A stretch of 64,000 bases of DNA. Source: Candidatus Bathyarchaeota archaeon (GTDB lineage Archaea; Thermoproteota; Bathyarchaeia; Bathyarchaeales; Bathycorpusculaceae). The stretch lies in contig CAVTBV010000007.1 of the NCBI GenBank assembly GCA_963733095.1, positions 96,001 to 160,000 of the forward strand. Reading direction: 5' to 3'. A program made the translations under genes and the position numbers. Shown here in pieces: positions 21,470 through 30,298 of this stretch. How positions within the stretch are numbered: position 1 is the stretch's first letter; the number at the start of each line of letters is the position of its first letter. The notes under the pieces were generated by a model. That model searched no databases and was not told the DNA's origin. It saw only the letters and a program-made list of their open reading frames with translations.

Positions 21470-21968
21470 TATCTGTATCCTCACTATATTCGGTTTTTTT
21501 GTCAACTGAGGAATCGGTGAAAGGTTGTTTGTTTGCAGCTGCCCTTCTTTCCGTCATGTTTAGAAAAAAATCAGCTAATCTATCGTAGGCGATTTCCGGG
21601 TTTTCATGAGCTTTTTTCAAAGCAATCTTCAAATTGCTAAAGAATTCAAGGTAATGCAGGTCAAAATACAGCTGGTCTACTCTATTGTTAGGATCGCCGA
21701 TTAAAGAGAGCAATGTGAACTTGAGTGTTCCTGTTGCATACCTGAAGAGGATCTCACAACCCTTGTTGATTATATCCTTGTTCGCCTGCAATATCTCAGG
21801 AGTAAGCTTAGGACCAAACTCCTCCTGCAGTTTCTCTATCCTTAGAAAGAGAGCTTTCTCAGCCTCACTGAAGGTCGAGTTGTCAAATCGACCTATATAA
21901 TCTCTTGGCTCGTCGACAAGTTTAGAAGACAAAGCGTCAATTCTCTTAGTTAAACGAGGCATGTTCAT
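21438..21968 (-). CDS. Hypothetical helical protein, translationally coupled in the cluster
   Basis: 176 aa ORF; ATGA overlap with upstream HTH gene and overlap with the downstream fusion gene. Confidence 0.7.
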   Translation of the reverse strand: MNMPRLTKRIDALSSKLVDEPRDYIGRFDNSTFSEAEKALFLRIEKLQEEFGPKLTPEILQANKDIINKGCEILFRYATGTLKFTLLSLIGDPNNRVDQLYFDLHYLEFFSNLKIALKKAHENPEIAYDRLADFFLNMTERRAAANKQPFTDSSVDKKTEYSEDTDNEHYDPYYRN

Positions 21969-22357
21969 GGTACAAACACTCCATGTTTGGCTTTTTCCTC
22001 TAAAGCTTGTAGTCGATTGATAAGCTCGGGGAGAACAGCGGTTTGAAACAGCATCGTGTTTGCCTTGAGCATGATGTTAAGGGCGCCAAGCTGAGCAAAT
22101 TCATTTTGGCTTGTTAGTAGGCGGACGCTGGCTTGCCGATAGATTTGTTCGTACCGGTTGACCACCTTCATCATAACGTCTTCACAATTTAGGACACTTT
22201 GAAGGGCTGGTTGCCACCGTGCTCTGGTTTCAAAGTCCAAGTAGATAGTGCGTTCGCTGCAACCCGCTTTTTGGCTAAGTTCCGAGACGATTTCGGCTTG
22301 GGAGAAGCCTAAGCCCTCCAGCCTGAGCAGTTCTAAGCGTCTGGTTATTGTTTGCAT
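21965..22357 (-). CDS. HTH protein resembling phage terminase small subunit N-terminus
   Basis: RRLELLRL...GFSQAEIV.ELS....CSERTIYLD HTH pattern followed by helical region. Confidence 0.6.
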   Translation of the reverse strand: MQTITRRLELLRLEGLGFSQAEIVSELSQKAGCSERTIYLDFETRARWQPALQSVLNCEDVMMKVVNRYEQIYRQASVRLLTSQNEFAQLGALNIMLKANTMLFQTAVLPELINRLQALEEKAKHGVFVP

Positions 22358-22890
22358 GTTATTGACCTTGGTACTTTCGGTTTATTCGTACCAAAGAAAA
22401 ATTCTTGAAAACTCGCAGAACTCACAGCTCCAAAATTTCCCGTTGCATAAATTGGCGATACCATCTAATTCCGTGTCATGAAGCCAAAATTGGATTGTTG
22501 GTCCGCTAATTTACCCCCCAAAAATTGCAACTTTTCTTCAAATTACACACTCAGCCTAAACTATAGAAAAAAAGGTTTGCCTTTTTCCTTTGAGCATTCA
22601 AATGGGTTTTAAAAAGATGTGGGTAAGGCATTGTGGTGCTATCGATATCCTCTGGATTGCAAAAAATCAGACTACTCAGGCAATGAATGCTTTGGCAGAG
22701 TTCGTGAGACTTGGGGTTAAGGAGTATCCACTAATGTTTGCTGATGAGTCAGACACTATGAAGATTAAGCCTTCGAAACAATATTTCTCTTACGCCTTTC
22801 AGACAACAGATACTTTCAGGTCGCGTAAAGAACCAGGCTGAAGACTGAGAATATAAAAAAAGAAAAGTGTTAAGAAAGGAATGTTTTGTG

Positions 22891-24093
22891 TTATGGGATT
22901 TCAGGGTTGCTGATGCATCTTGACGCCCACGGCATTAGTGTGTATGAAAAGAGTGGATTGCCTAAGTGGGTGCAGTTGTTTCCGCTTTGGGCATGCGGGT
23001 TGTCTTTGTAGAAACCGCTTGGTTCCATTACGGTATTTGCAGTTCCCGTTCCTGTCATTGGAGGATAAGTTGGAACTCCTGGGTGTTGTAAGCCCATTAC
23101 GTGTCCCAGCTCATGAGCTAGGTGATTGATGTTTATAGCTCCAAGATAGGCGCCCGGATTGTTTGGGTCAGGTACTCTGAGCTGTGCATCGCATGTTACG
23201 ATTTGGGCGTTGGCTGTACCTGAGCCAAAGGTTGCTCCTCCTCCCCAGTTAGCGTAGAAATACTGATTCATGCTATCAGCTACAAACACTTCTATAGCGT
23301 TAGATTGAGTTACTTCGTTTCTTAAGTTATCAATTTCAGTCGCAGTATCTAAAACTTTGTAGTTAGCCTTGTTAACATAGACTGGAGGGAGAACGTTGAA
23401 GAAAATACAGCATTTTCTCCACATACACTTAGCGGCTTGCATCAATGTGTCAAACGACCAGCCAGTAGGGCTCGCATCGGTTGGTCCTGATCTGATGAAA
23501 ACAGGTTGAATCGGAAGAGTCTTAAAAAAAGCAAAGGCTATGATGACTGTTCCCACGATGGATACATTTTGGACAACTATTTGAGTTACCCATGGGAACT
23601 CTTGCGCCTTCAAATCTAAACTTAAGGTAATCGGTACTCTCATTTCTTTGGTAGGTTCCCTCATTGGAAAACTCAATTTTTCCCCAAATTTTCCTTGGAT
23701 CTTGCCCATTATTGTATCGACGAAAGGAACAAAATAGTCCAAGTCTTTTCCTTCAGATTTTCTGTAGCCTTTTGATTTATCGATTAGCGGATAATGCAGA
23801 TTCATTTGGAAGGATACTTCAAATGTTCCGTCCGGAGAATATTTTGCTACCGATGGGTTTCTTAAGTTAAGTGAAATTTGTCCCGAATCTCCCTCTTTGG
23901 CCTCTACAGTTGACGCAATAAGATTTGCTTCATCGAGGGTAAGTTTAGGCGTTTCTTTGTCGTTTGAAATAGAAAATAGCAGTTCACCGTTAATTTGAGA
24001 TTTTTGTTTTCCCTTGTTTGTGATTACGAATGCGGATGCATTTACGAGTTTTGCTATCAGATGATTTTGTTTTGTTGTTGACATGTTTTTCAC
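22891..24093 (-). CDS. Zinc metalloprotease, metzincin type
   Basis: HELGHVMGLQH (HExxHxxGxxH) plus downstream Met-turn TVM; no evident signal peptide. Confidence 0.85.
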   Translation of the reverse strand: MKNMSTTKQNHLIAKLVNASAFVITNKGKQKSQINGELLFSISNDKETPKLTLDEANLIASTVEAKEGDSGQISLNLRNPSVAKYSPDGTFEVSFQMNLHYPLIDKSKGYRKSEGKDLDYFVPFVDTIMGKIQGKFGEKLSFPMREPTKEMRVPITLSLDLKAQEFPWVTQIVVQNVSIVGTVIIAFAFFKTLPIQPVFIRSGPTDASPTGWSFDTLMQAAKCMWRKCCIFFNVLPPVYVNKANYKVLDTATEIDNLRNEVTQSNAIEVFVADSMNQYFYANWGGGATFGSGTANAQIVTCDAQLRVPDPNNPGAYLGAININHLAHELGHVMGLQHPGVPTYPPMTGTGTANTVMEPSGFYKDNPHAQSGNNCTHLGNPLFSYTLMPWASRCISNPEIP

Positions 24094-24309
24094 CTCGATT
24101 TATTTTATAAAAAAACCTCATTTATTATTAGATATTTCTTAATATATAAAGAATAACTTGTTCAAAAGTGTAAATTTACACGGTTATTTTAATAGTTTTT
24201 TTGATGATGCTGAAATTACGCTTATAAACTGAAGCACTTAATTTATCGCTTGATTTATTATTTAGAAACGCTTAAGAGTTAAGAGAACAATAAATTATTT
24301 GGTGTTTTT

Positions 24310-25182
24310 ATGCCAAATTCAGTACAGGTGACAATCGATATTTTTAGCGGTCGACCCAATCCAGTACTAGAGTTTAAAGACCAAGAAGCCAAAACCATTT
24401 TAGACAAACTGCAACCAGGAAAAAAAATAATCGCCCAAAAACCACTCCCCTCCGAACCTATACTAGGATACAGAGGAATGATAATAAATCAAATCGGAGA
24501 ACAGACCAAAGATTTGCCACAGACTTTTCGAGTCGCCAACGGAGAGCTTTTCGGCACCAATCTAGCCCATAAAGCAAAGGACGAAACTTTTGAAGACTTC
24601 ATATGCGGCACAAACCAAGCGAAAAAAATGGAAGAACCTCTATGCCGAATTATGAAGGAGCAAATCAAGAATTTCCACGAAATAAGAGAAAAATGGGTCC
24701 ATGAGAAAATAGTCTGGCCTCCCCACACGAATCCTTGCAAATGCGCGCCCCTATATGAGCCAACATGGTGGAATGTCCCTGCTATTCAGCCATACAACAA
24801 CTGCTACAACTATGGCACTAATTATCGTTCAAACACTTTTGCACAGCCAGGCCGTTCAGGAGGAGCCATGTACACATCTTTAACTTGTGCCTCAGTAAAA
24901 CCAGCAGCATTAAAAGACGACCTAATCGATAGTCCTACCCAAGAAAATGCTTGCCCCAAAGAAGGACATTTGGTTGCACTAGTAATATGGCCCAATTATG
25001 ATTTTCATTGGTATCGCAAGGGTCAAAACGGGTATTGGTCTCATAAGCCTGGAGGTACTGCAGTAACCAACGTCGATAACAGCGGACATCTGATTCTTGA
25101 TCCAAGGAATGCTAACAGAGGGGGATACACCGATTTCTGCGGATTCATGGTTGTCAAAGATGGACACATCAAAATCAGCTAA
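24310..25182 (+). CDS. Putative papain-fold Cys enzyme with N-terminal FSGRPNP/LGYRG domain
   Basis: NNCYNY...FAQPG...DFHWYR...WSHKPG gives a candidate Cys/His active site. Confidence 0.6.
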   Translation: MPNSVQVTIDIFSGRPNPVLEFKDQEAKTILDKLQPGKKIIAQKPLPSEPILGYRGMIINQIGEQTKDLPQTFRVANGELFGTNLAHKAKDETFEDFICGTNQAKKMEEPLCRIMKEQIKNFHEIREKWVHEKIVWPPHTNPCKCAPLYEPTWWNVPAIQPYNNCYNYGTNYRSNTFAQPGRSGGAMYTSLTCASVKPAALKDDLIDSPTQENACPKEGHLVALVIWPNYDFHWYRKGQNGYWSHKPGGTAVTNVDNSGHLILDPRNANRGGYTDFCGFMVVKDGHIKIS

Positions 25183-25510
25183 AAACCAAAAATGCGTCGG
25201 CGGTGCGCTGGTGTTTTCTGGCCGCGAAAACCCCAAATGGGAGATTGAGAAAGAACTCTATTCGGAGTTAATGGCAATCTGGGATTCACTAAAACCTATA
25301 CAAAGTGTTAATCCAACTACTCCTAGACTGGGCTATCAAGGCTGCTTCTTAAGATGCCCAAACGACAAGGAATGGATTGCATTTGAGGGGTTAGTTACAC
25401 TAAAAACGCTAAAGTTATCAGTATACCGTGAAGATAAATATCGGAAATTTGAAAAAAAAATACTTTCCTCCGCTCCGAAAGATACCCTCCCTCCCTTTTT
25501 ATTTGAATAA
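25160..25510 (+). CDS. Small protein paralogous to the N-terminal domain of the upstream gene
   Basis: VFSGRENP...PRLGYQG matches IFSGRPNP...PILGYRG; ATG at 25160 overlaps the upstream stop. Confidence 0.75.
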   Translation: MDTSKSAKNQKCVGGALVFSGRENPKWEIEKELYSELMAIWDSLKPIQSVNPTTPRLGYQGCFLRCPNDKEWIAFEGLVTLKTLKLSVYREDKYRKFEKKILSSAPKDTLPPFLFE

Positions 25511-25717
25511 AGTGCCTTTAGGTCGTTGAGGCAACTGTCGAAACCATTCTGTTTCCCTTGTCTATCGTTTTTAAGAGCCAATTCTTTGCAATTTTTTTGT
25601 TGGCAACCTTAGCCACTGCAGGTAAAGCAGGTTTTTGGGCATACAAATTTTTTTCGCCAGCGGAGCTCAGATTCGTTGCAAAGCTTGCTTAACCAAGAAA
25701 CTTGCATGCAGCCGGGT

Positions 25718-25892
25718 AGCGAAACTTACTCGCTCATACAACGGCAACTAGAACAGTTCTTCTTTCCCAACCTTCCCCAGACACACAGCTACGCACACAA
25801 CCGCAACCAAAACCTAACCCAAAGCCCAAACAAAAAAAGCAACCCAAAACAAACCCCCCATCCTGCAAAAAAAACCGTGTTGTTGTTCTAGC
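25718..25892. repeat. C/A-rich dispersed repeat, copy A
   Basis: Near match to 28603-28787; core CCCAACCTTCCCCAGACACACAGC...AAAAAAAGCAACCCAAAACAAACCCC; flanked by CTAGAACA/TGTTCTAG. Confidence 0.8.
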
Positions 25893-25946
25893 AGACAGAA
25901 CCTTGTAACTCAAAAAACCCGGCGCTCCTTTAGAAGCGAGCACCAA

Positions 25947-26348
25947 TTATTCCATTTGGTCAATTGGAATTGCGACTTTGCACTTCTTAAGCAAATCTTT
26001 GTCCTGCGTTACTAATTTCATATTTTGCCTTTCAGCAATGTATGCATACGAAGCATCATAGAACGTGAGGTTCCGTTCTATAGCAATCGCCAGAACATCA
26101 GCGATAGAATCTATCGTCATCTTTTGCAATGGAGCGAGGGCATCAGAAAAAATCGTTGCAACCCTGCTGGGATCCTTGAGTTTTTCTTGTTTATTTTCCC
26201 GCCATAGCACATTACCAACTTCAAATTCAATAAGTGAACTCACAGCGCACTCCTCGACACTGAAGGGAATACCTGAGATAAGCATCGGATAGAGCGCTGA
26301 GGTATCTATGAGGTACTTACATCTCTTGTCTTGTCGCTGTGACATCAT
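25947..26348 (-). CDS. vapC: VapC/PIN toxin
   Basis: LIDTSA...EVGN...LTFYDASY...LVTQD motifs. Confidence 0.92.
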   Translation of the reverse strand: MMSQRQDKRCKYLIDTSALYPMLISGIPFSVEECAVSSLIEFEVGNVLWRENKQEKLKDPSRVATIFSDALAPLQKMTIDSIADVLAIAIERNLTFYDASYAYIAERQNMKLVTQDKDLLKKCKVAIPIDQME

Positions 26349-26535
26349 CGACCCATTCCTGAGGTTTAACGTTCATGAGCTCTTTGAGTTCCTTTGCGAT
26401 TCGCTGGGCATTTGTTTTCTTCTCGGCTACGAGTTCCTCAAGGGTTTTCTCCACAGCCAATCTTAAGTCGATCCCTAGCTTTTCAGCTTCAAGTTTTAGG
26501 CTTTTCTTGACCCTTACAGATAATACTTCGGTCAA
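26317..26535 (-). CDS. vapB: VapB-type antitoxin (RHH/CcdA-like)
   Basis: TEVLSVRVKKSLK; lies upstream of and overlaps the PIN gene; TTG start after GGGTGG. Confidence 0.8.
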   Translation of the reverse strand: MTEVLSVRVKKSLKLEAEKLGIDLRLAVEKTLEELVAEKKTNAQRIAKELKELMNVKPQEWVDDVTATRQEM

Positions 26536-26545
26536 CAGTTCCACC

Positions 26546-26573
26546 CGTATACAAAAATAATAATCTGTATACG
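26546..26573. promoter_or_regulatory. Inverted-repeat operator of TA operon
   Basis: CGTATACA-N12-TGTATACG between the TATA-like element and the start. Confidence 0.6.
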
Positions 26574-26654
26574 ACAAATATAAGAATACTGCAAAGAAGA
26601 CGTGACCTCTTTTTTCAAACAAACCATTTGCTAATCAAAAGGTTAAAAAAAATA

Positions 26655-27095
26655 TTAAACGTCGAACGGATAATCCTTGATATGTGTCACTTTAAAGTGT
26701 TCCTTGGCTTTTTCAAACAATTTGTTGTCTGCTGTAATCAGTTCTGCGCCTATTTTTTCGCAAAGAAAAAGATAAGCTGCATCATAAATCGCAATATCAA
26801 TCTTGCAGGCAATTGCTAAGCTCTGGGAAACATCGGTCCAATCTAATTCATAAAGCCTTAGTTGAGTATCCTGCAAGAATTTGAGTGCCTCTTGAGCATC
26901 AGTCTGCTGGATTCTTCTTTGTTTAACCGCTATCCACAATGCGTTTGCTGTTTCTTGTGTAATAAATGACGGCGCGAACAGCTGAACTTCGCCGCTGAGG
27001 AAATTGTGTTTTAGTTTATCTGCGTTTTCCTGATAAATTTCATCGGGCAAAACCCATTTCAAGACTACGCTTGCATCTATGATACAGTTAAGCAT
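26655..27095 (-). CDS. vapC: VapC/PIN toxin
   Basis: IIDASVVLKW...ETANAL...IYDAAY...LITAD motifs. Confidence 0.92.
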   Translation of the reverse strand: MLNCIIDASVVLKWVLPDEIYQENADKLKHNFLSGEVQLFAPSFITQETANALWIAVKQRRIQQTDAQEALKFLQDTQLRLYELDWTDVSQSLAIACKIDIAIYDAAYLFLCEKIGAELITADNKLFEKAKEHFKVTHIKDYPFDV

Positions 27096-27102
27096 GCTGC
27101 TC

Positions 27103-27327
27103 TCACATCAGGCCTTCTCGAATCCAACCAAGAATCTCTTCATTAGTTGCTGGCTTTGACCGTTTTCTTATTTGGTCAAGCTTTTCAAAAGCTTCTCGTT
27201 TCTTTTGTTCATCAATTTTAGTCTGCAAGCATTCTCTGATATATTGGCTCCAGTTTAGCTCAATTTTCTTCATGTCTTTTTTCATTGCTCTGGGAATTTT
27301 CACGGTGATCACATCGATTTCGTCCAT
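27103..27327 (-). CDS. vapB: VapB-type antitoxin (RHH)
   Basis: VITVKIPRAMKK...NWSQYIR; directly upstream of the PIN gene. Confidence 0.85.
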   Translation of the reverse strand: MDEIDVITVKIPRAMKKDMKKIELNWSQYIRECLQTKIDEQKKREAFEKLDQIRKRSKPATNEEILGWIREGLM

Positions 27328-27349
27328 GACCCAATAGTATTCCCTCAAA

Positions 27350-27370
27350 GTATATATCAACAATATATAC
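27350..27370. promoter_or_regulatory. Inverted-repeat operator of TA operon
   Basis: GTATATAT-N5-ATATATAC just upstream of the antitoxin start. Confidence 0.55.
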
Positions 27371-27599
27371 TAAAGAATTACACACCTATAGATTTTTCGT
27401 TTTAGGCTAACTGCCTGCTTTTTAGTCCTCTATTTCGACTAATGGACCTTAAGCGGCCATCTAGTCCACGACCGCTCATCTTTCAACATTCTCATCGAAA
27501 AACTAATGACCGGCTTCTAAATTTCCATACTAAACTAATTAAAAAAAACACATAGAAATAGTATTCAACAAATTCTTCAACGGAATATGCCTGATTATT

Positions 27600-27735
27600 T
27601 CGTCAAGCAACAAAAACACTCCGCCTCCCCCCAACCTTCCCAAGACGCACACAAACGCAACCAAAACTTGTCCATAAGCCTAAATCAAAAAGGCAGCCTA
27701 AAGCAAGTCCCCAAATTTTCGCGCAGCAATACGTT
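27600..27735. repeat. C/A-rich dispersed repeat, degenerate copy C
   Basis: CCCCAACCTTCCCAAGACGCACACAAACGCAACCAAAAC...AAGCCTAAATCAAAAAGGCAGCC. Confidence 0.65.
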
Positions 27736-27773
27736 TTTTATAATCAGCCTAATGAGAGGAAAAAATCAATCGT

Positions 27774-28199
27774 CTATAAGGTCGGCAGTTTAACTATGCC
27801 GTCTATGTTGCTGAAGTGCTCATCGAACGTGTATATTTCGTCGATATCGTTTTGTCGCATTCTATCAACGGCTAACGCATCGTTTGGTTCAAGCTTTAAG
27901 TCGTTACCAATTTCAGCCGCGGCAAAATACGCATCTTTAGTTACATCAAGGATTCTTACATTATCTAACATAAAGAGCCCCAAAATCAACGACGTTAGCT
28001 GATCTTGAGGCATGCCATTTTTAAGAATGTTAACAATTTCCGAAACATGTACAACTGTTGTAGTGACTTGTTCTTCGCCTGATGAAACCCTTCTGATTAT
28101 TTCTTTCGCTTGATCTTTCATAGCCTCTTCTTTTTCGGTTAAAGTCTTCTTCGGTCTATAATAGGCATAGACAAAAACGTTTGCATCCAAGAACCTCAT
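27774..28199 (-). CDS. vapC: VapC/PIN toxin
   Basis: FLDANVF...SEIVN...NDAL...IYTFDEHF motifs. Confidence 0.92.
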   Translation of the reverse strand: MRFLDANVFVYAYYRPKKTLTEKEEAMKDQAKEIIRRVSSGEEQVTTTVVHVSEIVNILKNGMPQDQLTSLILGLFMLDNVRILDVTKDAYFAAAEIGNDLKLEPNDALAVDRMRQNDIDEIYTFDEHFSNIDGIVKLPTL

Positions 28200-28429
28200 A
28201 CAGAGTCCTCGGACACTTTCTTCTCAAATTCGCTCCAACTGCCAATCGACTTGACACCCAAATCAACTTTATCAAAGCACTCGGTCAAATCTACCCGTCG
28301 CTTTGGAACCAATTTTAGGTAGCCTTTCCGCTTGATTACGTACAGTTCTCTGGTTTCACCGATTTCAGATTCACGCCAATCAGCAGGCAAGATAAGACGT
28401 CCCTGAGCATCCACCTTTTTGATTTCCAC
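28196..28429 (-). CDS. AbrB/MazE/MraZ-like antitoxin
   Basis: KKVDAQGRLILPADWRE; ATGA overlap with the PIN gene. Confidence 0.85.
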   Translation of the reverse strand: MEIKKVDAQGRLILPADWRESEIGETRELYVIKRKGYLKLVPKRRVDLTECFDKVDLGVKSIGSWSEFEKKVSEDSV

Positions 28430-28602
28430 ACCACTTTCCAAGTTTTCCACCACAAACACTGATAGCCATCCACTCTAAAAAACTTTCACAGCCAACAACC
28501 CCAAAAATAACAGAGAACTTCATGCAACGTAATACACCCCATATTTTTGATGACTTGATTAGGATAGAAAGTTCTAGAATTACATGCAAAAATCAGCTTC
28601 TT

Positions 28603-28787
28603 GGCGAAACTTGCGCGCAAATAGAGCGACAACTAGAACAATCCGCCACCCCCAACCGTCCCCAACCTTCCCCAGACACACAGCGACGCACACAACCGCA
28701 ACCAGAAAAAGCTGCAAAGCCCAAGCAAAAAAAGCAACCCAAAACAAACCCCTCATCATGCAAAAAAAACCGCGTTGTTGTTCTTCT
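28603..28787. repeat. C/A-rich dispersed repeat, copy B
   Basis: Near match to 25718-25892. Confidence 0.8.
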
Positions 28788-28890
28788 ATCAGACAAAAAA
28801 GTTAGAAGGATTCTATGGTTACTCCTTTAGCTTTCAACACTCTAATCTTCTCAGCAGCGGTTTTTGTGGCCTTTTGAAAATGCATCCACA

Positions 28891-29115
28891 CTATTCCAAA
28901 ACCAAACTAAAAACTTGGGCAACTAAGTAGTCTTCTCTGGCGTCTGCTTCTTTTTGCGTTAAACCATACTTCATTTGATCCGCCAGCACATGTTTCTGGA
29001 TTGCGTTTCCCAAAGCATTCAAATCAGGCAATAGAAGAATCTCATAACCGCAGGTACACTTCAAAACAGGCAAATTATCCTTCAACGAATGCTTTTTTGG
29101 GTCTTTCGGTTCCAT
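28891..29115 (-). CDS. Small CxC...H putative metal-binding protein
   Basis: LPVLKCTCGYEILLLPDL..LG.AIQKH. Confidence 0.6.
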   Translation of the reverse strand: MEPKDPKKHSLKDNLPVLKCTCGYEILLLPDLNALGNAIQKHVLADQMKYGLTQKEADAREDYLVAQVFSLVLE

Positions 29116-29339
29116 TAATTTACCATATCCAAGACAACTGTACGTTCTTCATCAATTAAAGGCAAGTTCCAAAACCTGTAATATGTCAAAAAAAATAAAT
29201 GAAATAGCTTTAAAATAAAATAGACCTTAGGTCTTTTCTACAGCTTATTAATTCCGCAAACAGCGATTGACGCATTTTTTGCATTACACCCATGCAAAAG
29301 CTTGCTTAACCAAGAAACTTGACGGTTTATTCAAAATCT

Positions 29340-29747
29340 TTAGCTTATCCATAGGGTTTCGGGTAAGTCTTTGAAGTGCTCGTCTCCGGTTAGAACTTTG
29401 CATTGATTTATTCTAGCTGTTGCAAGGACTATAGCGTCGAATAGGCTGGGTGGGTTTTGTTTGGATCTTTTTGATTTTTCCACAAGTTCAAGGTGGCATT
29501 TTGCTGCTTCCAGAGCTAATGCTGAATCGATTTGGGTTATGTTTGAAGCCGCGTTGATCATGTCAAGCCATTCTGCGACTGTACTTTCATCGTTGCCTTC
29601 TCTTAGAAATTTTCGGGCGCTCTCAGCTAACACAATACTTGGAGTATAGACTTCTTCTGCGTTTTCAAGAATTTCCACCACTTTCTTGCCTTTTTCGCTT
29701 CCAAGCAGCAGCTCAACCCATGCATACGTGTCAATTACGATCTTCAC
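29340..29747 (-). CDS. vapC: VapC/PIN toxin
   Basis: VIDTYAWVE...LAE...SLFDAIVLATA...LTGDEHF motifs. Confidence 0.93.
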   Translation of the reverse strand: MKIVIDTYAWVELLLGSEKGKKVVEILENAEEVYTPSIVLAESARKFLREGNDESTVAEWLDMINAASNITQIDSALALEAAKCHLELVEKSKRSKQNPPSLFDAIVLATARINQCKVLTGDEHFKDLPETLWIS

Positions 29748-29940
29748 CGCGGTCTGCCTCAGTATATGGTTTTAAACGGTTCTTTGCGGCGCCAAAGCCT
29801 TTGGTTAATGCAGCTTTTCGCTGTTTTTTGACCAGTAACTGAATTGTTTCGTCGAGATTTTGAGCGTCAAGTTTCTCTCTTAAATTTTCGAGTACTTGAG
29901 CAGTTTTTTTTGAAACACGAATGGTTGTCGTATCATTCAT
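29731..29940 (-). CDS. vapB: VapB-type antitoxin
   Basis: TTTIRVSKKTA..L..L....DETI; overlaps the PIN gene; (ATATACAA)x3 upstream. Confidence 0.85.
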   Translation of the reverse strand: MNDTTTIRVSKKTAQVLENLREKLDAQNLDETIQLLVKKQRKAALTKGFGAAKNRLKPYTEADRGEDRN

Positions 29941-30009
29941 TAAATCTACCCCTCTACACATATACAAATATACAAATATACAATCTGTTAGTTAAACCTT
30001 GCAGGCCAC

Positions 30010-30075
30010 CTTTCTATGAAACAACATACCCCCTAATTCTTCGACAAAGATCTGCTAGAAAGGGTCTAGAGTTAC
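30010..30075. repeat. Dispersed repeat with TTTCTA/TAGAAA ends (also at 39251 and 48923)
   Basis: CTTTCTATRAAMCAACAT..CCC.CTA.....GAYAAA..GAT.GCTAGAAA in three places. Confidence 0.7.
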
Positions 30076-30298
30076 TTCCATAGTGTAGCCTTCAAGGTCC
30101 AACTTTCTATCCTGCAGCAAAACCACATTCACCTTCGGAATCGAAATTCTTCCATCCATTGTCATTCTTGCCAAAAAAACCCGTGCAACAAACAACTATC
30201 AACAAAATAGAGATCAAAAATTTATCAGGCGACGCAGAGCATTATTTCTTATTCGGATCAAGACAAAAAAAGGGAAAGATTGGTTTAGTTTGGTATTT

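Noticed and set aside
18647-22357. Complete provirus
   Set aside because: No integrase, capsid, portal or terminase large subunit, and no clear att pair
22382-22510. 42-codon minus-strand frame with CxxC upstream of the HTH gene
   Set aside because: No ATG/GTG/TTG start; would need ATT initiation
25676-28830. Short ORFs over the C/A-rich repeats (25676, 27587, 28522, 28584; also 45382, 54177)
   Set aside because: Low T content suppresses stops and frames are not conserved between diverged copies
25500-30100. CRISPR array or classical integron
   Set aside because: Repeats are long, degenerate and irregularly spaced; no cas or intI; no clear RYYYAAC/GTTRRRY attC boxes
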